A DNA stretch of 64,000 nt from Patescibacteria group bacterium. Its GTDB lineage: Bacteria > Patescibacteriota > Patescibacteriia > JAXHNJ01. The notes beneath the pieces were generated by a model. It saw only the letters and a program-made list of their open reading frames with translations, ran no database searches and was not told the DNA's origin. Position numbers and translations under genes: made by a program. Positions 47,125 through 57,546 of this stretch are shown here, in pieces. The stretch is from positions 544,660 to 608,659 of the forward strand of contig JAXHNJ010000002.1 of assembly GCA_034520665.1 (NCBI GenBank), written 5' to 3'. Within the stretch, counting starts at the first letter, position 1. Each line of letters begins with the position of its first letter.

Positions 47125-47762
47125 TTAGGGCCGCCAGGGATAGTTTGTCGGCACTATGACCCGACCGCCTTCTAAACGGATGGAGCCGTGAACTACTAAA
47201 TTAGTAATATATGATTGCCAGCCATGCTCGATCTTATTGACTCTTTCACCGAGTGAGTCAGCGGTGTCATCTTGGCGGATGAGAACCGGATAGTGGAAAA
47301 AAATCGGTCCGTGGTCATATTGATTATCGACAAAATGCATGGTCACAGCAGTTTCATTGATTTCACCTTTCTTAAAAGCTTTAATAACCGCTTCGTGAAC
47401 ATGATGTCCATACATTCCCCGGCCACCAAATAGGGGCAATAATCCAGGGTGAATGTTGATAGTTTTAGCTGGATTAAGACCACGGATAAATTTTAACCAG
47501 CCAGAAAGGCAAATCCATTCCGCACCAAGATTTTGGGCGGCTAAGCGGTAATTTTGTTCGCCAAATTCAGTCATATGATGAAAAGAAATGCCGAGCCTTA
47601 TAGCTCTTTTCTTAACACCACCATCTTTGTGGTTGGAAATTACGCCGATTATTTCCGCATCCAAAACGCCGGTGCGGGAGTTTTCCACCAGTTCTTGGAA
47701 ACCAGAACCGCCGCCTACTTTATCACCCGAGGCAAATACAAGAATTTTGGGTTTTGACATTT
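47125..47762 (-). CDS. purN: Phosphoribosylglycinamide formyltransferase-like (formyl transferase domain)
   Basis: Formyl_trans_N fold with NIHPGLLP and a catalytic His/Asp context. RBS AAGGAGGG precedes the MSKPK start at 47762. Confidence 0.75.
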
Positions 47763-47794
47763 TTAACCCTCCTTTTTTAAAGAACTTTTTTATT

Positions 47795-48748
47795 TTATTT
47801 TCTATTCCTGGTAATAGCAATAATAGCTGTTAAAATAACACCGGCTCCCAGCCATTGGCCGGGTTTAAGTAGATTATCATGAAAAAAGTATTCTAATAAG
47901 ATGGAAGATAAAGGATAAAATAATTCATAAATAGTGGCCCGCGAGGCCATCACTTTTTTCAGGCCCCAGTAATAAATAAAAATAGCCCCGGCCCCGACAG
48001 TGACAGCAATTAGAAAGAAAACTCCGATCATTGACCAGGTGATGACATTAAAGCCAGCAAAACCAGCGTAGCCAGTATTAACCCCGCCTGAATTTAACAA
48101 AGAGATAATAATTATTATTAAAAACATGATGCCGGTAGTGATAAAAAAGCGTAAAGCCGTGCCCAAGCCGTGCGAGATTTTTTTTATGGCTCTTTTGGAA
48201 AAAACTGTGGACGAGCCAAAAGAAAAAGCGGCTAAAGCCGCCAGTAAAGCCGGAATAAGCATACCCGTGGCTGAAAAATTAGCTTTAGTAAAGCCAAAAG
48301 TAAGCAGGTAGCTGCCAACCAAAGCCACTAAGGCCCAGGCGTAAAATGATTTCCGGGGACGTTCACGCAGCCAAGCATAAGCTAAAAGTATGGCAAAGAT
48401 TGGCTGAAGTTTTTGCAAAATTAATACCACTGATATATTCAAATGATTAGCATGAACTTGGGAAATAGCTCCGATAATAGCCATAGTACCCAAAGCGCCG
48501 CCAAAAATTCCCACTAGTATAAAAGAGAGCCAATCTTTTTTATTTAAATTTTTTAATTCCTTTTTTCTAGTAATTAAAAAATAGGATAAAATAATGGCAC
48601 CAGTTAAGTGCAGCATAAAAACAAAAATTGGCACATCGTATAATCCTAAATTCAAAATCCAGGGAGTAAAGTAAACCCCATCTAAAGCCCATAAAAAAGC
48701 GGCCGAGATAATGGCCAAAGCAGCTAATATTTTAATTGATTTTTTCAT
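47795..48748 (-). CDS. EamA/DMT-family transporter
   Basis: Ten TM helices in two EamA repeats. Confidence 0.85.
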   Translation of the reverse strand: MKKSIKILAALAIISAAFLWALDGVYFTPWILNLGLYDVPIFVFMLHLTGAIILSYFLITRKKELKNLNKKDWLSFILVGIFGGALGTMAIIGAISQVHANHLNISVVLILQKLQPIFAILLAYAWLRERPRKSFYAWALVALVGSYLLTFGFTKANFSATGMLIPALLAALAAFSFGSSTVFSKRAIKKISHGLGTALRFFITTGIMFLIIIIISLLNSGGVNTGYAGFAGFNVITWSMIGVFFLIAVTVGAGAIFIYYWGLKKVMASRATIYELFYPLSSILLEYFFHDNLLKPGQWLGAGVILTAIIAITRNRK

Positions 48749-48780
48749 ATTTTTTTATTATAGCAATATATTCAAAAAAT

Positions 48781-48815
48781 AAAAAACCCTCTACCAAATG
48801 GCAGAGGGTAAGGTT
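48781..48815. terminator. Rho-independent terminator
   Basis: CCCTCTACC-aaat-GGCAGAGGG hairpin. Confidence 0.5.
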
Positions 48816-49453
48816 TAAAGAATAACTAATGCTCTTTTTAAATTACTTCTGGCCCGGTTTTTGTATCTTTTCCGAAAAAAATCAGTCAGATAAATATCTT
48901 GGCGCCGAAGCATCAAGCGGAAAAATTTTTTCCGCCCTTCCCTTAACTCTTTGTCAGAAACTTTTTTAGCCAATTCATTCCAAACATTCTGACTGTATTT
49001 TTGGAAATCTTCCCAGCTGCTGCCTAAACAGAGTAGATCAATATCCATGATGGTTCGAGCGTCGATGTCACTTTCTTCCGGAATTTGGTTATGCTTGGTA
49101 AAGCGGATGAGGCGCATAACTTCGCGAACAAATGTCATATCCACATCGCCGCCTTCTAAAAAACGCCAAGCATAAATGATACTCTGGTCTTCGTTTTCAG
49201 GATTTAGCGGCTGCCAAATAACATCATGGAACCAGATGGCCGCCATTACTGCCAAAGGATTTTTCAAGTCACGCCAAACTGGATGTAAAGCCAAAAGACT
49301 GTAATAGAGATGTTCAACTCCGTGATGCCGGCGGTGCGGCTCAGAGTAACGGGTGATAATATCTTCAAAAGCGCTTTTGACAGGACAAGCACACCTAGTT
49401 TCTTGGCATAAAAAAAGAAAGTTTTTCCATAAGTATTCTTTCATTTCATTCAT
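48815..49453 (-). CDS. HD-domain-like metal-dependent phosphohydrolase (COG4339-like), GC-rich
   Basis: The HRRHHGVEHL...FHDVIW His/Asp pattern is HD-like. GC content is higher than the neighbours. Confidence 0.5.
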   Translation of the reverse strand: MNEMKEYLWKNFLFLCQETRCACPVKSAFEDIITRYSEPHRRHHGVEHLYYSLLALHPVWRDLKNPLAVMAAIWFHDVIWQPLNPENEDQSIIYAWRFLEGGDVDMTFVREVMRLIRFTKHNQIPEESDIDARTIMDIDLLCLGSSWEDFQKYSQNVWNELAKKVSDKELREGRKKFFRLMLRRQDIYLTDFFRKRYKNRARSNLKRALVIL

Positions 49454-50026
49454 TTATTAACCTCACTTTTTTAAAGTACGATTTTTTATGATAAGCATTA
49501 GATAGTAACATGGGTCGGAAAAATAATCAAGTTGGCTTGACACAGATTTTTTTAATTAATAATTTATAAAAAAGCACATTAATATAAATAGAGACAAAGA
49601 GTTAATTATTTTAGTTGGTAAAATAAGGAGGTTAAAATGTCCGGCCGTTCTTCAGACAAAAAAAACTGATGAAAGTATTAATATAAAAAAATGTCCGGCG
49701 GAAATTCTTCAAGAATAGACCAAGCAAGGCCAGAGATTAAATGGACTAATAGTGAGATTAAGACCTGAAATTTCAGATCTTTTAAAATATTTATTTAAAG
49801 AAAATAAAACCGATAAACTTTCTTCAGAGCTGGTTAAACTTAATGAGATTTTAGATAAGATAAAAAGAATTATGAATTTGGCTAAAGAAACTGATTGAAA
49901 AAAAATAACTCTTTTAAATCAAAGGCGAGATAAATAATCTTGCCTTTTTTATTTCTAGTAATTATTGACTAAAGTTTAAGTATTTGTTAACTTATTAGGA
50001 AAGCACATTTAAAAAAGGAGAGAGTT

Positions 50027-50284
50027 ATGATTAGAAAAGTAGGAGAAGTTTTTAGGGTCAAAGTAAAAGAAAAAATAACTTTGGTTAAGCGGGAAGGTGA
50101 TGAATTAGGACCTTATATATTAGAACCTGGAGAATATGAATTTAAAAAAATTAAATTACCTAATGGTATTGTTAGAATAGTTTTAGTCCATAAACAGGAA
50201 ATTTTTCTTTCCGAGGATCTCTTTAGATTTTATTATCATCCCAACCATGGACGACTCGGCACCCAAATTGATATTCTTTTCTAA
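50027..50284 (+). CDS. Hypothetical small protein
   Basis: RBS AAAAAAGGAGAG. 85 aa. Confidence 0.5.
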   Translation: MIRKVGEVFRVKVKEKITLVKREGDELGPYILEPGEYEFKKIKLPNGIVRIVLVHKQEIFLSEDLFRFYYHPNHGRLGTQIDILF

Positions 50285-50294
50285 TTATTATTTC

Positions 50295-50330
50295 ACCCGC
50301 CTTTAAAACTATTAAAGGCGGGTTTTGTTT
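50295..50330 (+). terminator. Rho-independent terminator
   Basis: CCCGCCTTTA-aaacta-TTAAAGGCGGG followed by TTTTGTTTT. Confidence 0.65.
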
Positions 50331-50340
50331 TAGTCATATA

Positions 50341-50475
50341 CTTTTGACGGTTTTAATCATTAAATTTAACTAGGTATTGACTGCGCATTTATTATTTAGA
50401 GAGCAGCGTTATAAATGGTTGTAATACCACCTTTTTCTTTATCTAAAAATCGCTATATATACGGGCCTATTATCA
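50341..50475. repeat. Intergenic repeat element, copy 1 (about 135 nt, about 75% identical to copy 2)
   Basis: ACTTTTGACGGTTTTAATCATTAAATTTAAC...ATTATTTAGAGAGCAGCGTTATAAATGGTTGTAATACCAC... Confidence 0.6.
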
Positions 50476-50792
50476 AGACTGATTAAGCTTAAGTAAAAAG
50501 AATGATATAATATAAATGATAAACAATTTAATAGAACTAAATTTATGAGCCAAAAAATTGATAAATCAAGAGCTAAAAAATATCTTTCAGGTATATTTAC
50601 TCATAAGGGCGGGAGTGTTGCTAAAGCTAATGAGACTTTATCAAAAATCAAAAGCCGCAAATTAAAATTTATAATAATTTAAAAAAAGAAAATACCATAA
50701 TTTTATCTTTTAATTTTGTCTTAAAAAAATAAAAAGGTTAATTGACGAGATTATTTAAATGGCTACAAAATTAATTAAATCTGTTTAAAAAT

Positions 50793-51734
50793 ATGAAGTC
50801 TAGAAAAAAAATAAACTTTTTTATTGTCGGAGTAGCCAAATCCGGTACTTCATCTATGCACAATTATCTGCAGCAGCATCCTAAAATATTTATGAGTCCG
50901 GTCAAAGAAACCTACTTTTTTAGTAAAGATTTAAGAATAGAAAATTTCAAGGGAAAAATTAAAAAAAATAAAAAAGTAAATAAGAAAAAATATTTTTCAA
51001 ATTCTCTGCTTCCTCAAGTTCAACAGATTTTCATAAAAAATATAGAAGATTACTATCAAATATTCAGAGAAGCTAAAAACGAAAAAATATTAGGAGAATC
51101 ATGCCCCGGCTATTTATACAGTCAGTTAGCGGCCAAAGAGATATATCAATACAACCCTAAAGCCAAAATAATGATAATGTTAAGAGACCCAGTAGAAAGA
51201 GCTTACTCAAATTTTATGATGCAATTGGAAAATGGACTTTTAAAAACAGACTATTTTTTAGAAGAAGTAAAAAAAGATTATAACCAGAATGATAAAGGCT
51301 GGGGTAGAAGTCATTTGTTTATTGAATCCGGTTTATATTATAAACCAGTAAAAAGATACTTAGATCTATTTCCTCAAAACAATGTAAAAATAATTTTATT
51401 TAATGATTTTATAAAAAAAACTAATTTAGTTCTAAGTCAAGTTTGTGATTTTCTAGATATTGAAAAATTTAATTTTATGACAAAGAAGGCTCATATGAAG
51501 TCTCAAAAACCAAAATTTCTCTTTCTTTATAATCAAGTGATAAATCTGGCGCAATCGGCTAATTTACTAAAAATAGTACCTGAAAGTTTAAGAGAAAGAA
51601 TTAAAAAAATGTTTATGAAAGAAAAGCCTAAGTTAACTGAGGAAGAAAGAAAAACACTTCGGCCCTATTTTAAAGAAGATATTTTAAAACTACAAAACTT
51701 AATAGGAAAAGATTTGTCAGACTGGCTCAAATAA
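50793..51734 (+). CDS. Sulfotransferase-family protein
   Basis: 5'-PSB-like motif VGVAKSGTSS and 3'-PB region (RDPVERAYS). Confidence 0.75.
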   Translation: MKSRKKINFFIVGVAKSGTSSMHNYLQQHPKIFMSPVKETYFFSKDLRIENFKGKIKKNKKVNKKKYFSNSLLPQVQQIFIKNIEDYYQIFREAKNEKILGESCPGYLYSQLAAKEIYQYNPKAKIMIMLRDPVERAYSNFMMQLENGLLKTDYFLEEVKKDYNQNDKGWGRSHLFIESGLYYKPVKRYLDLFPQNNVKIILFNDFIKKTNLVLSQVCDFLDIEKFNFMTKKAHMKSQKPKFLFLYNQVINLAQSANLLKIVPESLRERIKKMFMKEKPKLTEEERKTLRPYFKEDILKLQNLIGKDLSDWLK

Positions 51735-51774
51735 GGTGAATAAATTTAAATAACATAAAAATGTTTTAAGTAAG

Positions 51775-51915
51775 CACTTTTGATGGTTTTAATTATTAAA
51801 TTTAACCAAGGATTAATTAGATATTTTATTATTTAGAGAGTAGGGTAATAAATCATTATAATACCATTCCTCTTTTTATCTAGTTATCTAGAAAACCGCC
51901 ATATGTCTGGGCACA
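51775..51915. repeat. Intergenic repeat element, copy 2
   Basis: ACTTTTGATGGTTTTAATTATTAAATTTAACC...ATTATTTAGAGAGTAGGGTAATAAATCATTATAATACCA... Confidence 0.6.
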
Positions 51916-52106
51916 TTACCTATTTTATTTGACTTTTTAGCTAATTTATGCTATTATTAGACTAGCAAAACAAAAACAAAAAGACAATTAAATAAAAAAA
52001 ATATTTTTAAGTCAATATTAATGATTAATAATAATATCTTCTATTAACTTAAATAGCCGCTTTTTTAAACTGCGGTTTTTTTATTAACTAAACTAAAAAT
52101 AAATTT

Positions 52107-54824
52107 ATGCCAAAATTTAATACGGAAACAGAAGTAAAAACATCAACTCCTGTTTCCCACAAAATCGCTGTTGGTATCATGATGATTGGAGCTTTATCCG
52201 CCGCTATGGGTATTGTTATGGGTTTGCCAGTTTTTAAAGAAAAGAAAGTGATTGGCGCCCAGGCCTTTAAACCACTTCAATTGACTGACGGAGTACCCAG
52301 CACCAATGAAATTAAGGATTCACGCTACGCCCAGTATCAGTTTTTGCGTGATAGTGTGGTTATGGCAACTTATAATTATTCTAATGACTCGGCTTTTCAA
52401 GAAAACAAAAATTTTAAAATTGGTGACAAAGATTCTCTTAATTCTTTTTTTATCAAAGAAGCATCAGCACAAACTACTTTTTCCATAGAAGATATTACTA
52501 ATGGTTCATTTGAACCAGGAGATACTATTGACTCAAATAGCAAATCACCTTTGCAAGTTAAGATTACCCAGAGCGAAATTGACTCGGCTGAAATTCCCGC
52601 TATTACTTTTAGTTTAGTCACTGATATTGGTAATAAAACCCTTTGTTTACCCAGTAATACTATTAATCAAGGATCCGTAGTCAGTTATTATTTTGATGTG
52701 GACGGTACTCCTTATCTAGACAGTAATCTGAAAAATAAAGCCATGAATAGCACTTGCCAGGTAAATTCTATAGCTTATGATCCAACCACAATTAGTGAAA
52801 TAAATTTTAATGAACCCTACCCAGAAAGCATTGCTGATAGTTTTGCTATTTATTTTATCCGCTACGATCAAAGTATGTTTGCCATGGCTGATAATACTTT
52901 TGTTAAAATGACACCTGATGATGAAATAGATTTTGTGGATGGTGGTAAAGCCCCTTTTACCTTAGGTCCTGGTTACTATGGAGCGCCAGAAGAAATTACC
53001 GTACCAGCCCGAATTTATACAGTTGATTCTAATTTAGGAACACAGACACTTTGTCTTCCAGAACAGACTATTACCGGCGAATGGAATGAGAATGATCAGA
53101 AATATTTAGGCAAAGGTACTCCTTACTACTACGACCAAAACGGCACGCCTTACACAGACGTACTTTTAACTAACATGGCTACTACCAAGCCTTGTCATGA
53201 ATTATTAAAAGATAGTTTAACCCCTTACTATATTAGTGAGGCTTCTCTTAGTGATACTATAGATGAATATAGTAATATTAAATTTAAAAGAGATAACACT
53301 GAATTAGGAGTACTTTACATTAACAATAATCAATATTCTCGTAATTTTGATGATTCTCTAAATCCAGAAAGTAAATCACCTCTCTTACTGGCGATGGAAA
53401 CCGCTAACTTGAGTGAAGACGTTACTTTTCCAGCCAGAACTATTACTTTAAAGAACGCTAATTACGATGAGACTGAATACACTAACACTCTTTGCTTTCC
53501 GGAAACCACTACCTCTAACGGAGAGACCATTAAGTACTACTACGACCAAAACGGCACGCCTTACACAGACGTACTTTTAACTAACATGGCTACCACTAAG
53601 CCTTGTCATGAATTATTAAAAGATAGTTTAACCCCTTACTATATTAGTGAGGCTTCTCTTAGTGATACTATAGATGAATATAGTAATATTAAATTTAAAA
53701 GAGATAACACTGAATTAGGAGTACTTTACATTAACAATAATCAATATTCTCGTAATTTTGATGATTCTCTAAATCCAGAAAGTAAATCACCTCTCTTACT
53801 GGCGATGGAAACCGCTAACTTGAGTGAAGACGTTACTTTTCCAGCCAGAACTATTACTTTAAAGAACGCTAATTACGATGAGACTGAATACACTAACACT
53901 CTTTGCTTTCCGGAAACCACTACCTCTAACGGAGAGACCATTAAGTACTACTACGACCAAAACGGCACGCCTTACACAGACGTACTTTTAACTAACATGG
54001 CTACTACCAAGCCTTGTCATGAATTACTGGCTAATGTTTTTAAACCTGAAGGAATTAATGAGGCCAGATTGGATGAAATTGTTTCTACGCCGACTAAAAT
54101 TAAGTTTATCAGAGAAAATACGGTATTAAATTATTTATGGTCACACCAAGATCCCAGTTTCCAAGATCCCGATTTTGAAGATTTAGAAACAGTATCCGGA
54201 GGTAGTTCTCCGCTTATGTTAAAACTTTCTTCTTTATTAGCTCAAACTTTTCCTGAGAGATTAGTTCAAATTAAAGCCCTTGAAAATAATAAAGAATATA
54301 CAAAAACGCTATGCATACCAGAAACAGAAATCACGGAAAATGGTACAAAAGAATATTTCTATGATAATAATGGAAGCCTCTATGCTTATACTGACGCCCT
54401 ACTAACCAATCGGATCATTTGTGATACCTGTATACATAATCCACCGGAAGTAAGCATTTCCCCTTTAACGAAATCGGGTTACGCTGGAGATAGTTTCAGT
54501 TACAGTATTAGTGTAACCAATCCAAATAATCCAGAAATTTGCCCCCGTTCAGAAATATATACTTTTTATTTGCAAGAGCCGGCTGGTTGGGAAGCTAATT
54601 ATGATTTAGACACTTTATATGATCCACCGGCTTTGAGAGTTGAACCGGGAGAAACAAAAGAAATATCAATGACTTTAATTAGTCCTGACAATATTTCATC
54701 TGGAGATTATGAAGTTCGTGTAAACTTAACCAACTGGGTTGCTATTAGTGGATCTGGTTATGCTGAGGTTACTATTTCGCCGACTCCAAAGAATTCTGAT
54801 GACAAGGAAATTATGGTAGAATGA
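52107..54824 (+). CDS. Large repeat-containing surface protein with an N-terminal TM, YYxDxNGTPY...C modules and a C-terminal CARDB-like domain
   Basis: 905 aa. Four modules carrying YY(F/Y)D(V/Q)(D/N)GTPY...TKPCHELL, two of them identical. The C-terminal tail is an Ig-like beta-sandwich type. Confidence 0.85.
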   Translation: MPKFNTETEVKTSTPVSHKIAVGIMMIGALSAAMGIVMGLPVFKEKKVIGAQAFKPLQLTDGVPSTNEIKDSRYAQYQFLRDSVVMATYNYSNDSAFQENKNFKIGDKDSLNSFFIKEASAQTTFSIEDITNGSFEPGDTIDSNSKSPLQVKITQSEIDSAEIPAITFSLVTDIGNKTLCLPSNTINQGSVVSYYFDVDGTPYLDSNLKNKAMNSTCQVNSIAYDPTTISEINFNEPYPESIADSFAIYFIRYDQSMFAMADNTFVKMTPDDEIDFVDGGKAPFTLGPGYYGAPEEITVPARIYTVDSNLGTQTLCLPEQTITGEWNENDQKYLGKGTPYYYDQNGTPYTDVLLTNMATTKPCHELLKDSLTPYYISEASLSDTIDEYSNIKFKRDNTELGVLYINNNQYSRNFDDSLNPESKSPLLLAMETANLSEDVTFPARTITLKNANYDETEYTNTLCFPETTTSNGETIKYYYDQNGTPYTDVLLTNMATTKPCHELLKDSLTPYYISEASLSDTIDEYSNIKFKRDNTELGVLYINNNQYSRNFDDSLNPESKSPLLLAMETANLSEDVTFPARTITLKNANYDETEYTNTLCFPETTTSNGETIKYYYDQNGTPYTDVLLTNMATTKPCHELLANVFKPEGINEARLDEIVSTPTKIKFIRENTVLNYLWSHQDPSFQDPDFEDLETVSGGSSPLMLKLSSLLAQTFPERLVQIKALENNKEYTKTLCIPETEITENGTKEYFYDNNGSLYAYTDALLTNRIICDTCIHNPPEVSISPLTKSGYAGDSFSYSISVTNPNNPEICPRSEIYTFYLQEPAGWEANYDLDTLYDPPALRVEPGETKEISMTLISPDNISSGDYEVRVNLTNWVAISGSGYAEVTISPTPKNSDDKEIMVE
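53124..53945 (+). repeat. Nucleotide-identical in-frame tandem duplication, 2 x 411 bp, plus a 75-bp partial third copy
   Basis: The TACTACTACGACCAAAACGGCACGCC... unit starts at 53124, 53535 and 53946. The 137-aa module is repeated exactly. Confidence 0.85.
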
Positions 54825-55220
54825 TAAAATTAATTTCACCCTTGACAAAAATAAATTAATAAGCTAGACTGGGGCTATTAATTAGTAAGTATCCCAATAA
54901 TTGATTTGAAAAAAATTTAACTTTAGCGGGGTACATAAGAAAGTTCATCAAATTATGAACGATCAACAAGGCTTTGGGCAAAGACAAATGCACCAGGGCA
55001 AATGGACCTGCTCAGAATGCGGAACCGAGATTACCGAGCTTCCTTTTGAGCCGGATGGTCAACGCCCGATTTATTGTCGGCAATGCCATCAGAAACGTCG
55101 CCAAAATAGAGGCGGCGGACGCGGACAGTTTTAAGAAAGTGATTTTTTAAACGTCAAATATAAGTCCAAAAGTAAAAAACTCCTTTAGTAATTTAAGGGA
55201 GTTTTTTTGTATTAAAATTA

Positions 55221-56420
55221 TTAAGGTTTTTGAAGAGGAGGCATTTTTTTATGGAGATACTGATCTCGAGGGGCTTTAAGCTGCCAAACAACTATCAGGC
55301 TTAAGAAAAGAATTATAGAAAGAATAATAAAAATGTATTCAATTATTAGAAGATTTAATACAATAATACCAATAAGAGAACCAAAAAGAAATCCCAAAGG
55401 CTTCAGATTGCGGAAAAAATTTATATAATCAATGTCTTCGACATCTACACATTTGAAAAAGTAAGACTCTCTCATTGACTGGACCAAAGCCGCTCCGCTG
55501 CGGCTTAGAAAAAGTATTAAAGCCCATATTATAGGATTAGCCTGACCGGTAAAAAAGAAAAGTAAAGTTGAAACAGAAAGAATTAAAAATCCGAAAAAAA
55601 TCATTTTTCTTTCTCCTTGCCGGCGATCGGCAAAAATACCGGCTGGTATCTGAAATATAACAAAGGGTAAAAGCATAAAAGTAAAGATGGCGCCAATAAC
55701 AGTCCAGCTATAGCCCAGATTTTGTGAAAGATATAGGGGCATATAAATAGTGACCACAGAAAAGAAAATTTCTAATACAAAAGAAATAAAAAATATGTCT
55801 TTAAGCCGGCTGTTTTTTAAAATTGTCTTTAGAGTTTTTAATGAATGATGGTGATCGTAATGTACCTTTCTGGTGAAGAGAACTTTTTTTTGAGAAAAAA
55901 TGATAATAAACATAGCCATCAGAAAGAAAATAGTGATTTTATAAATTAAACGGTAATTATCAGAGCCCATAATATAACCGACAATTATTGGCGAAATAAC
56001 CCAGGCTGAATCAAGTATAGTAAAATAAATACTGCGTACCCGACCTGTATTTCTATTAGAAGTAAAACGTTCAAGAAATATGTCTAAGCTGGTGGTTAAA
56101 AGACAGACACAGGCATAAATAACAGTAAAGGAAATAAAAGCTACGATTTTAGATTGAGTGTTGATAAGTATAAATATTGAACCAATTTCTATTATTAGAA
56201 TAACTAGAGAAAAAACAAAATTAGTGAAACGTTTTATTATTAACGGCACTAAATTCATCAAAAGCAAAGTTAGACCGGCGCCGGCCATAAAGAAAAAGCC
56301 GACATTTTCGGCTTTAGCAAATTCTTCCAAAAAAGAGGATCTAATATAAGCGGGAAAAGCAGCTGAAAGGGCTAGGAAGAAAACTAAAAAATATATAATT
56401 TTTTTATTTTTGTTTTTCAT
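55221..56420 (-). CDS. MFS transporter
   Basis: 12-TM topology with a central loop. Confidence 0.8.
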   Translation of the reverse strand: MKNKNKKIIYFLVFFLALSAAFPAYIRSSFLEEFAKAENVGFFFMAGAGLTLLLMNLVPLIIKRFTNFVFSLVILIIEIGSIFILINTQSKIVAFISFTVIYACVCLLTTSLDIFLERFTSNRNTGRVRSIYFTILDSAWVISPIIVGYIMGSDNYRLIYKITIFFLMAMFIIIFSQKKVLFTRKVHYDHHHSLKTLKTILKNSRLKDIFFISFVLEIFFSVVTIYMPLYLSQNLGYSWTVIGAIFTFMLLPFVIFQIPAGIFADRRQGERKMIFFGFLILSVSTLLFFFTGQANPIIWALILFLSRSGAALVQSMRESYFFKCVDVEDIDYINFFRNLKPLGFLFGSLIGIIVLNLLIIEYIFIILSIILFLSLIVVWQLKAPRDQYLHKKMPPLQKP

Positions 56421-56434
56421 TTATCAAAAATGTT

Positions 56435-57079
56435 TTATGGGGTGATGGTATAAGTATTAACGGTTACACTTTGCATTTTATCATCAAAATTATTGGGATC
56501 TTTTTCATAGACATACCAAGTGTAAGGAGAAGTATTTTCATTTATCTGGTTGGCTTGGGCCCCAGTTATTTTCATAGTGTAATAATATTTTTTTGTATTT
56601 AAACCTTTTTCTAAAGCTTTTTGGTATATTTCAGTAGAAGAATTTTTTTCCTTTAAGGCGTTTAAATTTATAATCTGACTTTCAAGTTTTGTCGAAAGAG
56701 AATCTCCTTCTCCATAAGATTCTCCCAGCGATATTTTTCCAGAAGTCCAGTCAGACATAACTACTTGATTTTTTGAAGGTGAATAAAGACGAGCTATCCA
56801 ACTTATAAATTTACCCTCTTTATAACCATTAAAAATTCTCTGATTATTGACATAGATAGAATTAACATCACTAGTAAGCTGATGAATTTCGGCGTCTTTA
56901 GACCATTCTTCTTTAGCTTTTTCCAGAATTTCTTTAACAGCTTTTTGACTGCTGGCCAACTCATTATCTTCAGATGTTTTTGTAGAAGTAGTATTAGTGC
57001 AACCAGGGAGTATTAAAAGGCAGAAAATAAGCAAAAAAGCGCTGATTATTAGGCTGGAATATTTTTTCTTGCTAGTCAT
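56435..57079 (-). CDS. Hypothetical lipoprotein
   Basis: Signal peptide with lipobox LLILPGC. Confidence 0.65.
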   Translation of the reverse strand: MTSKKKYSSLIISAFLLIFCLLILPGCTNTTSTKTSEDNELASSQKAVKEILEKAKEEWSKDAEIHQLTSDVNSIYVNNQRIFNGYKEGKFISWIARLYSPSKNQVVMSDWTSGKISLGESYGEGDSLSTKLESQIINLNALKEKNSSTEIYQKALEKGLNTKKYYYTMKITGAQANQINENTSPYTWYVYEKDPNNFDDKMQSVTVNTYTITP

Positions 57080-57269
57080 ATATTTAATATTATTTATTAT
57101 TCTTTACCTTTTATATAATAACATATTTTAAAATATTAAAAAAGATGTAGCCTAGTTAATACCTGTCGCTAACATTTGGTATAATCAAGGGTAATAGGTG
57201 TTAACTATTAAATAGAAAGTAGAAAGGTCTCCTATGTTAGTTAAATATTTCAAAGAATTAAGATTTAAG

Positions 57270-57370
57270 GAGTATTTATGGGCAGAAAAGCATGATTTAA
57301 AGATATTTGTCAGTTGTTTGGTATTTCAAAAAAAAGTCTATTATTATTGGTGTTTCCCTAAATCATGAAA
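57270..57370 (+). pseudogene. Remnant of an IS630/Tc1-like transposase N-terminal HTH, with an in-frame TGA and a frameshift
   Basis: RBS AAGGAG then ATGGGCAGAAAAGCATGA... reads MGRKA*FKDICQLFGISKK. A -1 shift at an A8 run then gives KVYYYWCFPKS, matching the HTH_Tnp pattern (xELFGVSxSTVYRW). Confidence 0.25.
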
Positions 57371-57546
57371 AAACTATCTTAATAGCGTTTTTCTAAACCA
57401 TATTCTAATATTAAATTAACTCCTAAAGTTAAAATTTATTGAGCCGGAAAAACTAAAAACTAATTATGGTTTTTTAAAAATAAAAATAAATAGTAAATAA
57501 AAGACGGGGATATATCATCATTAGATATTGACTATATAATTCCTTG

